Shown here: positions 10,098 through 19,674 of the stretch, one piece after another
How the letters are laid out: each line of letters begins with the position of its first letter
How positions within the stretch are numbered: position 1 is the first letter of the stretch
Assembly: GCA_947593975.1 (NCBI GenBank)
Contig: CANQDW010000003.1
Coordinates: 1,312-65,311, forward strand
Source of the DNA: an uncultured Lachnospiraceae bacterium
GTDB taxonomy: Bacteria > Bacillota > Clostridia > Lachnospirales > Lachnospiraceae
DNA length: 64,000 nt
Reading direction: 5' to 3'
Made by a program: the position numbers and the translations under genes
Notes under the pieces: model-generated
What the model was told of the DNA's origin: nothing
Database searches by the model: none
What the model saw: only the letters and a program-made list of their open reading frames with translations

Positions 10098-10367
10098 ATG
10101 AAGGCAAGACCTCTTAATTATGTTTCGGAACATCTTAACCTGCCCGCGGACGTAGTGGGCGGAGCCTGTATTGTAACTTCTTACGGGCGGAATCATATAT
10201 ATATCGAAAATTATAAAGGAATAATAGAATATACGTCAGAGCTTATACGCATACAGGGAAAAAACTGCAGGGTGGCGGTTTTTGGGACAAAGCTGTGTAT
10301 CAATTATTATACGGATAATGATATGAGGATTGACGGCAATATATGCGAGGTACATTTATCAGAATAG
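10098..10367 (+). CDS. yqfC: Sporulation protein YabP/YqfC family
   Basis: IYIENYKGIIEY...IRIQG...I.G.I motif; adjacent to yqfD. Confidence 0.88.
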   Translation: MKARPLNYVSEHLNLPADVVGGACIVTSYGRNHIYIENYKGIIEYTSELIRIQGKNCRVAVFGTKLCINYYTDNDMRIDGNICEVHLSE

Positions 10368-10383
10368 TATATGGAGGGGTTGT

Positions 10384-11637
10384 GTGTTAAAACTTATTAT
10401 CCGGTGGATAAAAGGATATCTCTTTGTGGAACTTAGCGGCAATTCACCCGAGAGGTTTATTAATCTGTGCAGGCATCACAAAATATATATACGGAAAGTA
10501 AGGCAAAGAGACGGAAAGCATACGTTTTATATGTACGCGGGAGATTATTTTAAGATACACGATACGGCATATAAGACATCTACGTATCCGCACATAATAT
10601 ACCGCAAAGGACTGCCTTTTATTATCAAAGCCGTGCTTTCTAAGAAATCCCTTGCGCCGTGTTTTATCCTTTTTATGGCGATAATATATATATTGTCGAA
10701 GATTGTATGGAACATTGATATTTCAGGGGAACTAAAACATACGGATGAAGAAATAAGAGAATATCTTTCGGAAATCGGCGTATGCGAGGGAATGAGTATT
10801 GATAAGGTTTCCGGCGACGAGATAGAGAGGCTTATACGAAACAGATATAATGATATAAGCTGGGTATCTGCCGAACTTCGCGGCACCAATGTATATATTA
10901 AAGTGCTGGAAGCAAATGTTATGGAAAGTATGCAGGATAATACCGGAAATTATTCAAGCATAACGGCTTCTTCGAAGGGCACGGTAAGATCCATTATCAC
11001 ACGGGCGGGGACGCCTATGGTAAGGCCCGGAGATAAGGTAAAAAAGGGCGACGTGCTTGTATCCGGTATCATAAATATATATAATGACAGCGGTGAGGTG
11101 GTTAAAAAGAATCCGGTATATGCGGATGCCGACATATATCTGGATACGAAATATAAGTATTCGGATGAATTTGATATGATATATATGTACAGGCAGTATA
11201 CCGGAAAAAAGAAAAAGAGCAGAGTCCTTAATATATGCGGCAGTCTCTTTTTTTTGGAAAACCCGTTAAATAAATTTGATTCCTATGAAAATTATGATAT
11301 AATGAAAGAGTGTGTGAACCTGAAGATAGCAGGAATAGATTTTAATGATATTTCGGTAACACGCAGGACGCTTAGTGAATATGAACCCGTTTTCGCAACA
11401 TATAATAATGAAGAAGCGGTAAATAAAGCGCGTACCAATCTCAGGCTGTATCTTAACAATCTGATAGAGGAAGGCGCGATAGTTAATTCAAAAGATGTAC
11501 AGGTGAGTATAAAAGACGGCATATGCCGTTCGGAAGGAAAAGTTTTTGTTACCGTGCCTCAGACGCAGAGGACGGCTGTGAGCGAACAGGACTGGAGAGT
11601 GGATGCTACTGATGAGCAGGACGGAGAAGATAATTGA
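10384..11637 (+). CDS. yqfD: Sporulation protein YqfD (SpoIV)
   Basis: SGNSPERFINLC, WVSAELRGT, GDKVKKGDVLVSG; GTG start after GGAGG. Confidence 0.9.
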   Translation: MLKLIIRWIKGYLFVELSGNSPERFINLCRHHKIYIRKVRQRDGKHTFYMYAGDYFKIHDTAYKTSTYPHIIYRKGLPFIIKAVLSKKSLAPCFILFMAIIYILSKIVWNIDISGELKHTDEEIREYLSEIGVCEGMSIDKVSGDEIERLIRNRYNDISWVSAELRGTNVYIKVLEANVMESMQDNTGNYSSITASSKGTVRSIITRAGTPMVRPGDKVKKGDVLVSGIINIYNDSGEVVKKNPVYADADIYLDTKYKYSDEFDMIYMYRQYTGKKKKSRVLNICGSLFFLENPLNKFDSYENYDIMKECVNLKIAGIDFNDISVTRRTLSEYEPVFATYNNEEAVNKARTNLRLYLNNLIEEGAIVNSKDVQVSIKDGICRSEGKVFVTVPQTQRTAVSEQDWRVDATDEQDGEDN

Positions 11638-12595
11638 AATTACTGCAGCGCATGAAAAAAATATTTTCGGAGAACTGGATTCTTATATAAAGATTATCGA
11701 AAGGGCATTTGATGTGTCGATCATTGTCAGGGACGGGATATGCAAGATCATAGGATCTGCCGAAAAAAGCGAGGCATGCGGGAATGTCATTAACCAGCTT
11801 ATCAGGCTTTCGGATAATAATACGGAGATAACCGAACAGGCCGTAAATTACGCCATTGCACTGGAAATGGAGAATGATTCGTCTTCAATAGCGGATATGG
11901 ATTCAGACGTGATATGCCGCACTGTGCTTGGCAAGCCGATCAAGCCGAAGACTCACGGGCAGGAACAGTATGTTGATAATATCAGAAATAAAATGATAGT
12001 ATTCGGTATAGGGCCTGCCGGTACCGGAAAGACTTATCTTGCTATGGCAATGGCGATCAATTCTTTTAAGCATGACGAAGTGAGCAGGATAATACTTACA
12101 AGGCCGGCGATAGAAGCGGGCGAAAAGCTTGGGTTCCTTCCGGGGGACCTGCAGAGCAAAGTAGATCCGTATCTGCGTCCTCTTTATGACGCGCTGTATC
12201 AGATAATGGGCGCGGAGAGTTTTATGCGCAACATGGAAAAAGGGGCGATAGAAGTGGCGCCGCTTGCATATATGAGGGGACGTACGCTTGATAACGCATA
12301 TATAATACTTGATGAAGCGCAGAATACGACTCCGGCGCAGATGAAGATGTTCCTTACGAGGATAGGCTACGGCTCAAAAGTTATCATAACGGGAGACCTT
12401 ACGCAGAAAGATCTTTCTTACGGTACGGTATCGGGGCTTGAACATGCGGTAAAGGTCCTTAAAGGCGTTGACGAGATAGGTTATTCGTATCTTACGTCAA
12501 GGGATGTTGTAAGGCATCCGCTTGTACAGAAGATCGTAAAGGCTTATGATGATTACGAGGCAGCCGCCAAAAAAAGAACGAGGAAAAACCATTAG
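11603..12595 (+). CDS. phoH: PhoH-family ATPase
   Basis: GPAGTGKT, LTRPAIEAGEKLGFLPGD, YMRGRT, DEAQN, VVRHPLV. Confidence 0.97.
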   Translation: MLLMSRTEKIIEITAAHEKNIFGELDSYIKIIERAFDVSIIVRDGICKIIGSAEKSEACGNVINQLIRLSDNNTEITEQAVNYAIALEMENDSSSIADMDSDVICRTVLGKPIKPKTHGQEQYVDNIRNKMIVFGIGPAGTGKTYLAMAMAINSFKHDEVSRIILTRPAIEAGEKLGFLPGDLQSKVDPYLRPLYDALYQIMGAESFMRNMEKGAIEVAPLAYMRGRTLDNAYIILDEAQNTTPAQMKMFLTRIGYGSKVIITGDLTQKDLSYGTVSGLEHAVKVLKGVDEIGYSYLTSRDVVRHPLVQKIVKAYDDYEAAAKKRTRKNH

Positions 12596-12616
12596 ATATG
12601 ATTGGAAAGATGTTTT

Positions 12617-13123
12617 ATGAGTTATATATATTATCAGAATGATTACGGTAAGGAATTTGATATCGATACGGATACCGAAAGCCTTGCCCGCCTTTTGCTT
12701 GATAAAGCGCTCGATTATCTGTCATGCGAATATGAAGCGGAATGCAGCCTGCTTATCACATCGCGTGAAACGATAAGGATCATCAACAAAGAGAACCGGG
12801 ATATAGATGCAGAGACCGACGTGCTGTCTTTTCCGGTCACGGATTTTAAACCGCCATGCAATTATGATATGATAGATGAAGAAGATTATTCGCAGTTTGA
12901 TTATGATACCGGACGGCTGATGTTAGGAGATATTGTTATATCGTATGAGCATGTGATAAGCCAGGCGAAAGAATACGGACACAGCGTAAAAAGGGAGTTG
13001 TCGTTTCTTATACTTCACAGTATACTTCACTTGTTCGGATATGATCATATGACTGATGAGGACAGGCTTATAATGGAAGATGTGCAGAGAAATATTCTTA
13101 ATGAACTTGGGATCACAAGGTAG
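12617..13123 (+). CDS. ybeY: rRNA maturation RNase YbeY
   Basis: TDVLSFP, LGDIVIS, HSILHLFGYDH. Confidence 0.97.
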   Translation: MSYIYYQNDYGKEFDIDTDTESLARLLLDKALDYLSCEYEAECSLLITSRETIRIINKENRDIDAETDVLSFPVTDFKPPCNYDMIDEEDYSQFDYDTGRLMLGDIVISYEHVISQAKEYGHSVKRELSFLILHSILHLFGYDHMTDEDRLIMEDVQRNILNELGITR

Positions 13124-13143
13124 ATTCACAATAGGAGGAAATT

Positions 13144-14274
13144 ATGAGAAAAAATTTATTGGCAGTATTTATTGTATTGTGCGCGCTGGCATTTGCATCG
13201 GGATGCGGGAAAGGAAAAAAGCAGGAAGAGAAGGCAAATGATACCGCGACGCCCGCGCCGACGACTGAAGTTTCCGCAACGGAAGCGCCGACGGCAGAAC
13301 CCCTTCCTACGGAGGATCCGTACGCGGGAAAGGCAAAAAGCCTTCTTACCGGACAGTATATATCTGAAAAGAAAGCGAAAAAAAGACCGTATGCGGTCAT
13401 GATAAATAATATCGAGTATGCGGCAAGGTTCCACAGCGGCATATCAAAAGCGTCGATTTTATACGAAGCAAAAGTTGAGGGCGGAATAACGAGGCTTATG
13501 GGTATATTTGAAGACCCTGATGTGAAAAAACTCGGTTCAGTAAGAAGCGCAAGGCATTATTATGTAAGCGTTGCTTCAGAATATGATGCGGTATTCGTGC
13601 ATTTTGGACATACCAAATTTGCGCTTTCAAAGATAGACAAGCTTAATGTCGATAATATAAGCGGGCTTTCGGGATATGGCGGAAAAGTATTTTTCCGTGA
13701 CAACAGCATATCCGCGCCGCATAATGCGTTTACAAGTTCAAAAGGACTTGCAGCCGGCATGAGCACGCTTAAATACCGCAAGAAATATAAAGACGGCTAT
13801 GAAGGGCATTTCAAATTTTATGACGCGGATACAGACCCTGCTTCCGGAAAGGAAGCCGCTAAGGTGACGATCCAATTTTCGGGATATGCATCGCCGTATT
13901 TTGTATACGACGCCGAAAAAAAAGTATATAAGAGATACCAGTACGGCAGAAAACATATAGATACTGCCAATAATAAGCAGCTTGCATTTAAGAACCTGAT
14001 AATACAGTATGTGGACGATGAGCCTATAGTACCAGGACATGCTAAGGATTACAGGACGATCAATTTTGAAAACGCTTCCGGAAAGGGCATGTATATTACA
14101 AACGGAAAGGCTGTTAAGATCACCTGGAAGAAAAACGAGTCCAAAAAGATGATGAAATATTATGCCGAAGATGGTTCGGAACTTACTATAAATCCTGGAA
14201 AGACTTATGTCGCACTGTTCCCTGATAACGGTTCTAAGCTTACGATATCGGGAAAGAGGAAGGATAAGAAATAA
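13144..14274 (+). CDS. DUF3048 (YerB-like) lipoprotein
   Basis: Lipobox ASGC, T/P/A linker, RPYAVMINN, EGGITRL, GSVRSARHYY. Confidence 0.85.
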   Translation: MRKNLLAVFIVLCALAFASGCGKGKKQEEKANDTATPAPTTEVSATEAPTAEPLPTEDPYAGKAKSLLTGQYISEKKAKKRPYAVMINNIEYAARFHSGISKASILYEAKVEGGITRLMGIFEDPDVKKLGSVRSARHYYVSVASEYDAVFVHFGHTKFALSKIDKLNVDNISGLSGYGGKVFFRDNSISAPHNAFTSSKGLAAGMSTLKYRKKYKDGYEGHFKFYDADTDPASGKEAAKVTIQFSGYASPYFVYDAEKKVYKRYQYGRKHIDTANNKQLAFKNLIIQYVDDEPIVPGHAKDYRTINFENASGKGMYITNGKAVKITWKKNESKKMMKYYAEDGSELTINPGKTYVALFPDNGSKLTISGKRKDKK

Positions 14275-15899
14275 TGAAGGATAACTATATTAAGCAGGGC
14301 AGCATCTTAGCGGGTGCGTCCCTGCTTGTACGTATTATAGGAATGCTGTACCGTTTTCCGATGTCGAATATCATAGGCGAAGAAGGAAACGGTTTATATT
14401 CTGTAGCTTTTGAAATATATGACATCATGCTCATAATATCTTCATACAGCCTGCCTTTGGCTATTTCCAAAATGATTTCGGCAAAACGTGTAAAAAAAGA
14501 ACACGGCAACATCATGAAAATGTTCAGGTGTTCGATGATATTTGCGCTGATATCGGGCGGCGCGGCGGCGCTTATACTGTTTTTCGGCGCTCCGTTTATA
14601 GAAAGCCATATGGCGGGCGGTAAATACAGCGGACTTGCGATCCCTCTCAGGTTCCTTGCGCCTACTATATTTGTCGTTGCGGTAATGGGAGTATTAAGGG
14701 GTCTGTTCCAGGGCAAGGGTACAATGATACCTACCGCGATATCGCAGATAATAGAGCAGATCGTAAATGCATTCGTAAGCATATATGCGGCATACTCGTT
14801 AATGAAAGCCCACAATCTGTCGATGGAACTCGCGGGCTGGGGCGCTGCGGGCGGTACAATGGGAACTTTATGCGGCGCCATATCGGGCTGCGCGATACTT
14901 ATAATGGTATATGTTATTTACAGGCCGGTCTTAAAAAGACAGGCAAAGAGGGACAAAAACAGACATTTTGATTCGTCGGGAAGTATATACAAGCTGATAC
15001 TTATTACCGCGATCCCTATCATATTAAGCCAGACGGTGTATCAGATAAGCGGCATTATAGATTATTCCGTGCTTGGCGCGATACAGTCGTCTAAAGGCTG
15101 GGATGACCTTGCGGTAAAGAATGCAACAGGCCTGTACAGCACCAAATACAGGCTGCTCTTAAGCGTGCCGATCGCTATAGCGACATCCATGTCGTCTTCA
15201 ATACTTCCAAGCGTAGTGTCGTCATATGCGGCAAATGATGAAGAAGGACTGAATAAAAAGATCGCTACGGGCATTAAATTCAATCTTATGGTTGCGTTTC
15301 CGTGCTTTGCAGGGCTTACGGTATTCGGTAAACAGATACTTATGCTGCTGTTCCCTTCGCAGGATTACATAACGGGCGGAAAGCTCCTTATGGCGGGAAG
15401 CGCAGCGATAATATTGTATGCGGTATCCAATGTGACCGGCGCCGTGCTTCAGGGGATAGATAAGATGAGGCTTCCTGTTATACATTCGGCAATAGCGCTT
15501 GCGGTACACGTCGGCGCAGTTGTTCTGCTCCTTAAGTTTACGCCGGCAGGCGTATTTGCGCTCGTTGCCGGAAACGTGGTATTTCCGCTTGTGGTCTCGG
15601 CGCTTAATATGGCCTCGATATACAAATATACGACTTACAGGCAGGAAGTTGTAAAGACGTTCCTTGTGCCGTTTCTTTCATCTGTGATAATGGGAGCCGT
15701 ATCATTCGGGGTATATCATATACTTTATATGCTGTGGTCTCATAATACCGTGCTCATATTGCTCGCTGTGCTTGTTGCGGTTGTTGTTTATTTTGTGCTG
15801 TACCTTGCTCTTAAAGGCGCAACCGATGAAGAAATATACGAATTCCCCATGGGAGTCAGGATAGTTAAGCTCGGCCGCAGATTAAAAATAATACAATAA
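14274..15899 (+). CDS. MOP-superfamily flippase (SpoVB/YtgP/MurJ-like polysaccharide biosynthesis protein)
   Basis: RIIGMLYRFPM...GEEGNGLY, LRGLFQG, SQIIEQI; about 14 TM helices. Confidence 0.88.
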   Translation: MKDNYIKQGSILAGASLLVRIIGMLYRFPMSNIIGEEGNGLYSVAFEIYDIMLIISSYSLPLAISKMISAKRVKKEHGNIMKMFRCSMIFALISGGAAALILFFGAPFIESHMAGGKYSGLAIPLRFLAPTIFVVAVMGVLRGLFQGKGTMIPTAISQIIEQIVNAFVSIYAAYSLMKAHNLSMELAGWGAAGGTMGTLCGAISGCAILIMVYVIYRPVLKRQAKRDKNRHFDSSGSIYKLILITAIPIILSQTVYQISGIIDYSVLGAIQSSKGWDDLAVKNATGLYSTKYRLLLSVPIAIATSMSSSILPSVVSSYAANDEEGLNKKIATGIKFNLMVAFPCFAGLTVFGKQILMLLFPSQDYITGGKLLMAGSAAIILYAVSNVTGAVLQGIDKMRLPVIHSAIALAVHVGAVVLLLKFTPAGVFALVAGNVVFPLVVSALNMASIYKYTTYRQEVVKTFLVPFLSSVIMGAVSFGVYHILYMLWSHNTVLILLAVLVAVVVYFVLYLALKGATDEEIYEFPMGVRIVKLGRRLKIIQ

Positions 15900-15950
15900 T
15901 GATGTTGCCTGACACAAAATTAACATATAATGATGTTTTAAATATTATTG

Positions 15951-15979
15951 TTGAGTTTTTTAAGAAATTCTGTTACAAT
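15951..15979 (+). promoter_or_regulatory. Sigma-A promoter of the xylanase gene
   Basis: TTGAGT-17 nt-TACAAT with extended TG. Confidence 0.55.
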
Positions 15980-16052
15980 ATTAAAGCAAAAAAATATAGA
16001 AAGGAGACAAGTATAATCAGGATAAAATATATGCCTGAATATACGAAGAAAG

Positions 16053-17687
16053 ATGAAAAAAAACATTAAAAAAGCATTTTCATTAGTTTTATGTATGTCA
16101 ATGGCAGTTACGCTTGCGGCAGTATCACCGGATGCAAGCGCTGCGCCTAAAGCAAAGAAGATCACTCTTAACGCTAAAAACAAGACATTGACAGTAGGAG
16201 AGAAGTTTACGCTTAAGGTTAAGAAGATCAAACCTGGAAAAGCAAATAAGAAAGTAAGCTGGAAGACAAGCAACAAAAAGATCGTATCAGTAACCAAAAA
16301 GGGCGTTGTAAAAGCTAAAGCCGAAGGTACGGCTAAAGTTACGGCAACCTCAAAGTCAAACAAGAAGGTAAAGGCAGTATGTAAAGTTACCGTTACCGGC
16401 GCGCAGAATACGCCGCAGAATACCACGGCTCCGGCACCGACCAATACAGTAACGCAGGCGCCTACGACAGAGCCTACGCCTACACCTACCGCAACACCTA
16501 CGCCAACCCCTTCACCAACTCCGTTTGAGCTTCCGAAAGAATCGCTGAAGGACAATGCAGACTTTACAGTAGGAACAGTTGTAAACCGTGACAAGACTTA
16601 TGATAAGAACTTTACACAGCTTGCAGCACAGCAGTTTGAAGTAGTTTCATTTGAAAATGAGATGAAAGGTTATTCACTTATTGATGTCGGAGCTTCACAG
16701 GCAGCTGTTGCAACCGAAGGCGAAGGAGTAGTTAAATGCCAGTTCGGTACAGCTGACGATATGGTAAAATGGGCTCAGGATAACGGCCTTAAAGTGCGCG
16801 GACACGTATTATTCTGGGAAGAGAGTATGGCAAATGCATTCTTCTACAAGGGATATGACGAGAACGGAGAGCTTGTAGACCGTGCAACGCTCGAAGCGCG
16901 TATGAAGAGTTATGCAGACCAGGTTATCAGCCATTTTGAAACAACATTCCCGGGAGAAGTTATCGCATGGGACGTAGTTAACGAGGCTGTTATGGTAGGC
17001 GAAAACGACGGCAAAAACGATCCTAAGGACGAGCAGACAGGACTGTATCTTAATAATACAGGAAAATTCTATCAGATATTTGGCGGCGGAGAATATATTA
17101 AATACGCATTCCAGTGCGCTCAGGACGCAAAGAAGGCTGCAAATGCAGATATTGATCTGTTCTACAACGACTTCAACTGCTTCCAGTCTCCAAAGACAAA
17201 CCGTATAATTGCTCTTATCAATTATCTGAACGAAGATGAGAACAATAAGCTTATGGACTGCATGGGTATGGAAGGATATGTACTTACATACTGGCCAAGC
17301 GCAAATGACGTTAAGAGCGCGATGGAGAAATTTGCAAACCTTGGAGTTAAAGTTGGTATCAACGAGCTTTGCATAAGATTAAGCCCGCAGTATTCAAGCG
17401 ACGGCAAAACGGTTACAGAAGCGGATATAGCAGCGCATGTACAGAAATGCGCAGATATGTTCCAGGTATACTGCGACTTTAATAAGGCTCATCCGGGAGT
17501 ACTTACAAACGTAAGCATCTGGGCTCTGTTTGACAGACCTGACCTTATGTCGGAAGCTGATAAAGAAGAGGCAGACCGTCATTATGATTATGGCGTATAC
17601 GGAACACATTCAGGTCTCTTTGATGAACAATACAAAGCTAAGGAAGCATTTGATAAGGTTATCGAAGTGTTAAAGGCCAATAAATAA
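16053..17687 (+). CDS. Secreted GH10 endo-1,4-beta-xylanase-like enzyme: signal peptide, Lys-rich Big_2, PT linker, GH10 domain
   Basis: ENEMK, RGHVLFW, WDVVNEA (acid/base), YNDFN, INEL (nucleophile); PTPTPT linker. Confidence 0.9.
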   Translation: MKKNIKKAFSLVLCMSMAVTLAAVSPDASAAPKAKKITLNAKNKTLTVGEKFTLKVKKIKPGKANKKVSWKTSNKKIVSVTKKGVVKAKAEGTAKVTATSKSNKKVKAVCKVTVTGAQNTPQNTTAPAPTNTVTQAPTTEPTPTPTATPTPTPSPTPFELPKESLKDNADFTVGTVVNRDKTYDKNFTQLAAQQFEVVSFENEMKGYSLIDVGASQAAVATEGEGVVKCQFGTADDMVKWAQDNGLKVRGHVLFWEESMANAFFYKGYDENGELVDRATLEARMKSYADQVISHFETTFPGEVIAWDVVNEAVMVGENDGKNDPKDEQTGLYLNNTGKFYQIFGGGEYIKYAFQCAQDAKKAANADIDLFYNDFNCFQSPKTNRIIALINYLNEDENNKLMDCMGMEGYVLTYWPSANDVKSAMEKFANLGVKVGINELCIRLSPQYSSDGKTVTEADIAAHVQKCADMFQVYCDFNKAHPGVLTNVSIWALFDRPDLMSEADKEEADRHYDYGVYGTHSGLFDEQYKAKEAFDKVIEVLKANK

Positions 17688-17715
17688 TTTCAAGTAATAT
17701 TGTAACAGTTATCGT

Positions 17716-17760
17716 AAAACATCCTGTATGCAGATAAGTCTGCGTTCAGGATGTTTTTTT
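17716..17760 (+). terminator. Rho-independent terminator after the xylanase gene
   Basis: AAAACATCCTG...CAGGATGTTTTTTT with an inner TGCAGA/TCTGCG stem. Confidence 0.85.
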
Positions 17761-17795
17761 GCGCGTATATATGATGTCATAGACAGATAATTACA

Positions 17796-17832
17796 ATTAG
17801 TACTTGACAATATATAGTACTAATAGTAATAT
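17796..17832 (+). promoter_or_regulatory. Sigma-A promoter with an inverted-repeat operator over the -35
   Basis: TTGACA (17804)-17 nt-TAATAT; the perfect IR ATTAGTACT-N11-AGTACTAAT straddles the -35. Confidence 0.7.
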
Positions 17833-17864
17833 TATAAATATAGCAGCAAATAGCGGATCAGGGG

Positions 17865-18752
17865 ATGATTTATATGGATAATAAAAAAAGGAAAAAGTAT
17901 GTAATAAAGCTTAAGGGAATTACATTTCTTGCTCCGAGCGCATTAGGCGTGCTTGTATTTTTTGTTATTCCTTTTTTTGTTATCATATATTACAGTCTTG
18001 TGGACAATCCGGTCCAGAAAAATTTTGTAGGTCTTAAGAATTTCGTGTCGTTAATTACAAACGTTGCTTTTTCGGAAGCATCCGTGAACACGCTGGTTTT
18101 TTCCGCAATAGCGGTACCGATGGCGGTCATATTATCGCTTCTTCTGGCAATGCTCTTAGATATGGGGCTTCCCGGCAAAAGTCATTTCAGAACGATCTTT
18201 CTGTGCCCGCTTATGGTGCCGGTCGCGTCGGTAGTTATTGTCTGGCAGGTGATATTCGACACGAACGGAGCGCTTAATGAGATCATTAAGAATTTCGGCG
18301 GGACGGCTGTGGACTGGATGAATTCACGCTATAACCAGCTCATTATATTGAGTCTGTTTCTGTGGAAAAATCTTGGCTATAATATGGTCCTGTTCCTTGC
18401 GGGACTTAATAATATGCCCGATGACCTTATCGAGGTTGCAAGGCTTGAGGGCGCGGGCGCATGGAAGATATTCTGGAAGATAAAGATAAGGTATCTTTCG
18501 CCAATGATATTCTTTGTAGCAATATTATCGCTTATCAATTCCTTTAAAATATTCAGGGAGGTATACCTTCTTACCGGGGGATATCCCTACGGACATATAT
18601 ATTATATGCAGCATTTTATGAATAACCAGTTTGAAGCTCTCAATTACCAGAAGCTGTCGGCTGCCGCCGTGCTTATGAGTATAATAATGATAATTATAAT
18701 AGGAATCCTCTTTATCATTGAAAATAAGTTTGGAAGAGAGGTGGAAGAGTAG
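17865..18752 (+). CDS. Carbohydrate-importer-type ABC permease (MalF-like)
   Basis: 6 TM helices; WKNLGYNMVLFLAGL; EAA loop EVARLEGA. Confidence 0.9.
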   Translation: MIYMDNKKRKKYVIKLKGITFLAPSALGVLVFFVIPFFVIIYYSLVDNPVQKNFVGLKNFVSLITNVAFSEASVNTLVFSAIAVPMAVILSLLLAMLLDMGLPGKSHFRTIFLCPLMVPVASVVIVWQVIFDTNGALNEIIKNFGGTAVDWMNSRYNQLIILSLFLWKNLGYNMVLFLAGLNNMPDDLIEVARLEGAGAWKIFWKIKIRYLSPMIFFVAILSLINSFKIFREVYLLTGGYPYGHIYYMQHFMNNQFEALNYQKLSAAAVLMSIIMIIIIGILFIIENKFGREVEE

Positions 18753-19664
18753 ATGCAGCGAAAAAAGAAAGTGTTTCGCGTATTTGGATTTATACTGGCG
18801 CTTATATTTTCGGTATTGTTCATATATCCGACTGTTGTCACGCTTGCGGATTCTTTTATGTCGGAAAAGGAAATCTCCGCGCATTACGGAAGAGTGCTTG
18901 AAAAAAATACCGACGAAGGAATGTATTATGCGGACGGGGGACGGGATACAACGTATAAAACCGATAAGATAAGCATAAGGATAATCCCAAACAAAGTTTC
19001 GTTATCGCAGTATGCGTCGGTATTGTTTAAGAGTCCCGAATATCTGTTTAAGTTCTGGAATTCCGTGGAACTGGTAGTGCCGATACTGGTATTTCAGATA
19101 ATGGTCGCGCTCGGGGCGGCATACAGTTTTTCGCGTTATAGCGGGCGTATTAAGGAAATTGCCTTTTTCCTGTATATAATACTTATGCTTATGCCGTATC
19201 AGGTTACGCTTGTTCCGAACTTTATAGTTGCAGACTGGATGGGAACGCTTAATACATACTGGTCGATCATACTGCCGGGAGTATTTTCGCCATTCGCAGT
19301 ATTTATACTGACAAAATATATGAGGCGTATCCCTTCGTCCTATGTTGAGGCTGCAAAGATTGACGGCGCGGGCGATTGGAAGATATTTACCAAAATATAT
19401 ATGCCTTTGTCAAAAGGCGCTATAGTGTCGGTAGCTATACTTATATTTATTGATTATTGGAATATGGTGGAACAGCCGCTTATCATGCTCTCGGATACCG
19501 ACAAACATCCGCTTGGGGTATTTTTAGCGCAGATCAATACAGGGGAAGCCGGACTGGCATTTGCGATAGCTTCGATATATATGATACCGTGCATCCTGCT
19601 GTTTTTGTATTGTGAAGAATATATTGTAGAAGGAATCACCTATTCAGGTGGCCTTAAAGCATAA
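18753..19664 (+). CDS. Carbohydrate-importer-type ABC permease (MalG-like)
   Basis: FWNS, AAYSFSR, LMPYQVTLVPNF; EAA loop EAAKIDGAG. Confidence 0.9.
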   Translation: MQRKKKVFRVFGFILALIFSVLFIYPTVVTLADSFMSEKEISAHYGRVLEKNTDEGMYYADGGRDTTYKTDKISIRIIPNKVSLSQYASVLFKSPEYLFKFWNSVELVVPILVFQIMVALGAAYSFSRYSGRIKEIAFFLYIILMLMPYQVTLVPNFIVADWMGTLNTYWSIILPGVFSPFAVFILTKYMRRIPSSYVEAAKIDGAGDWKIFTKIYMPLSKGAIVSVAILIFIDYWNMVEQPLIMLSDTDKHPLGVFLAQINTGEAGLAFAIASIYMIPCILLFLYCEEYIVEGITYSGGLKA

Positions 19665-19674
19665 GGAGGGTAAA

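Noticed and set aside
16440-16520. ACGCC/ACACC periodic repeats
   Set aside because: They encode the PT linker of the xylanase; not CRISPR or a contingency locus.
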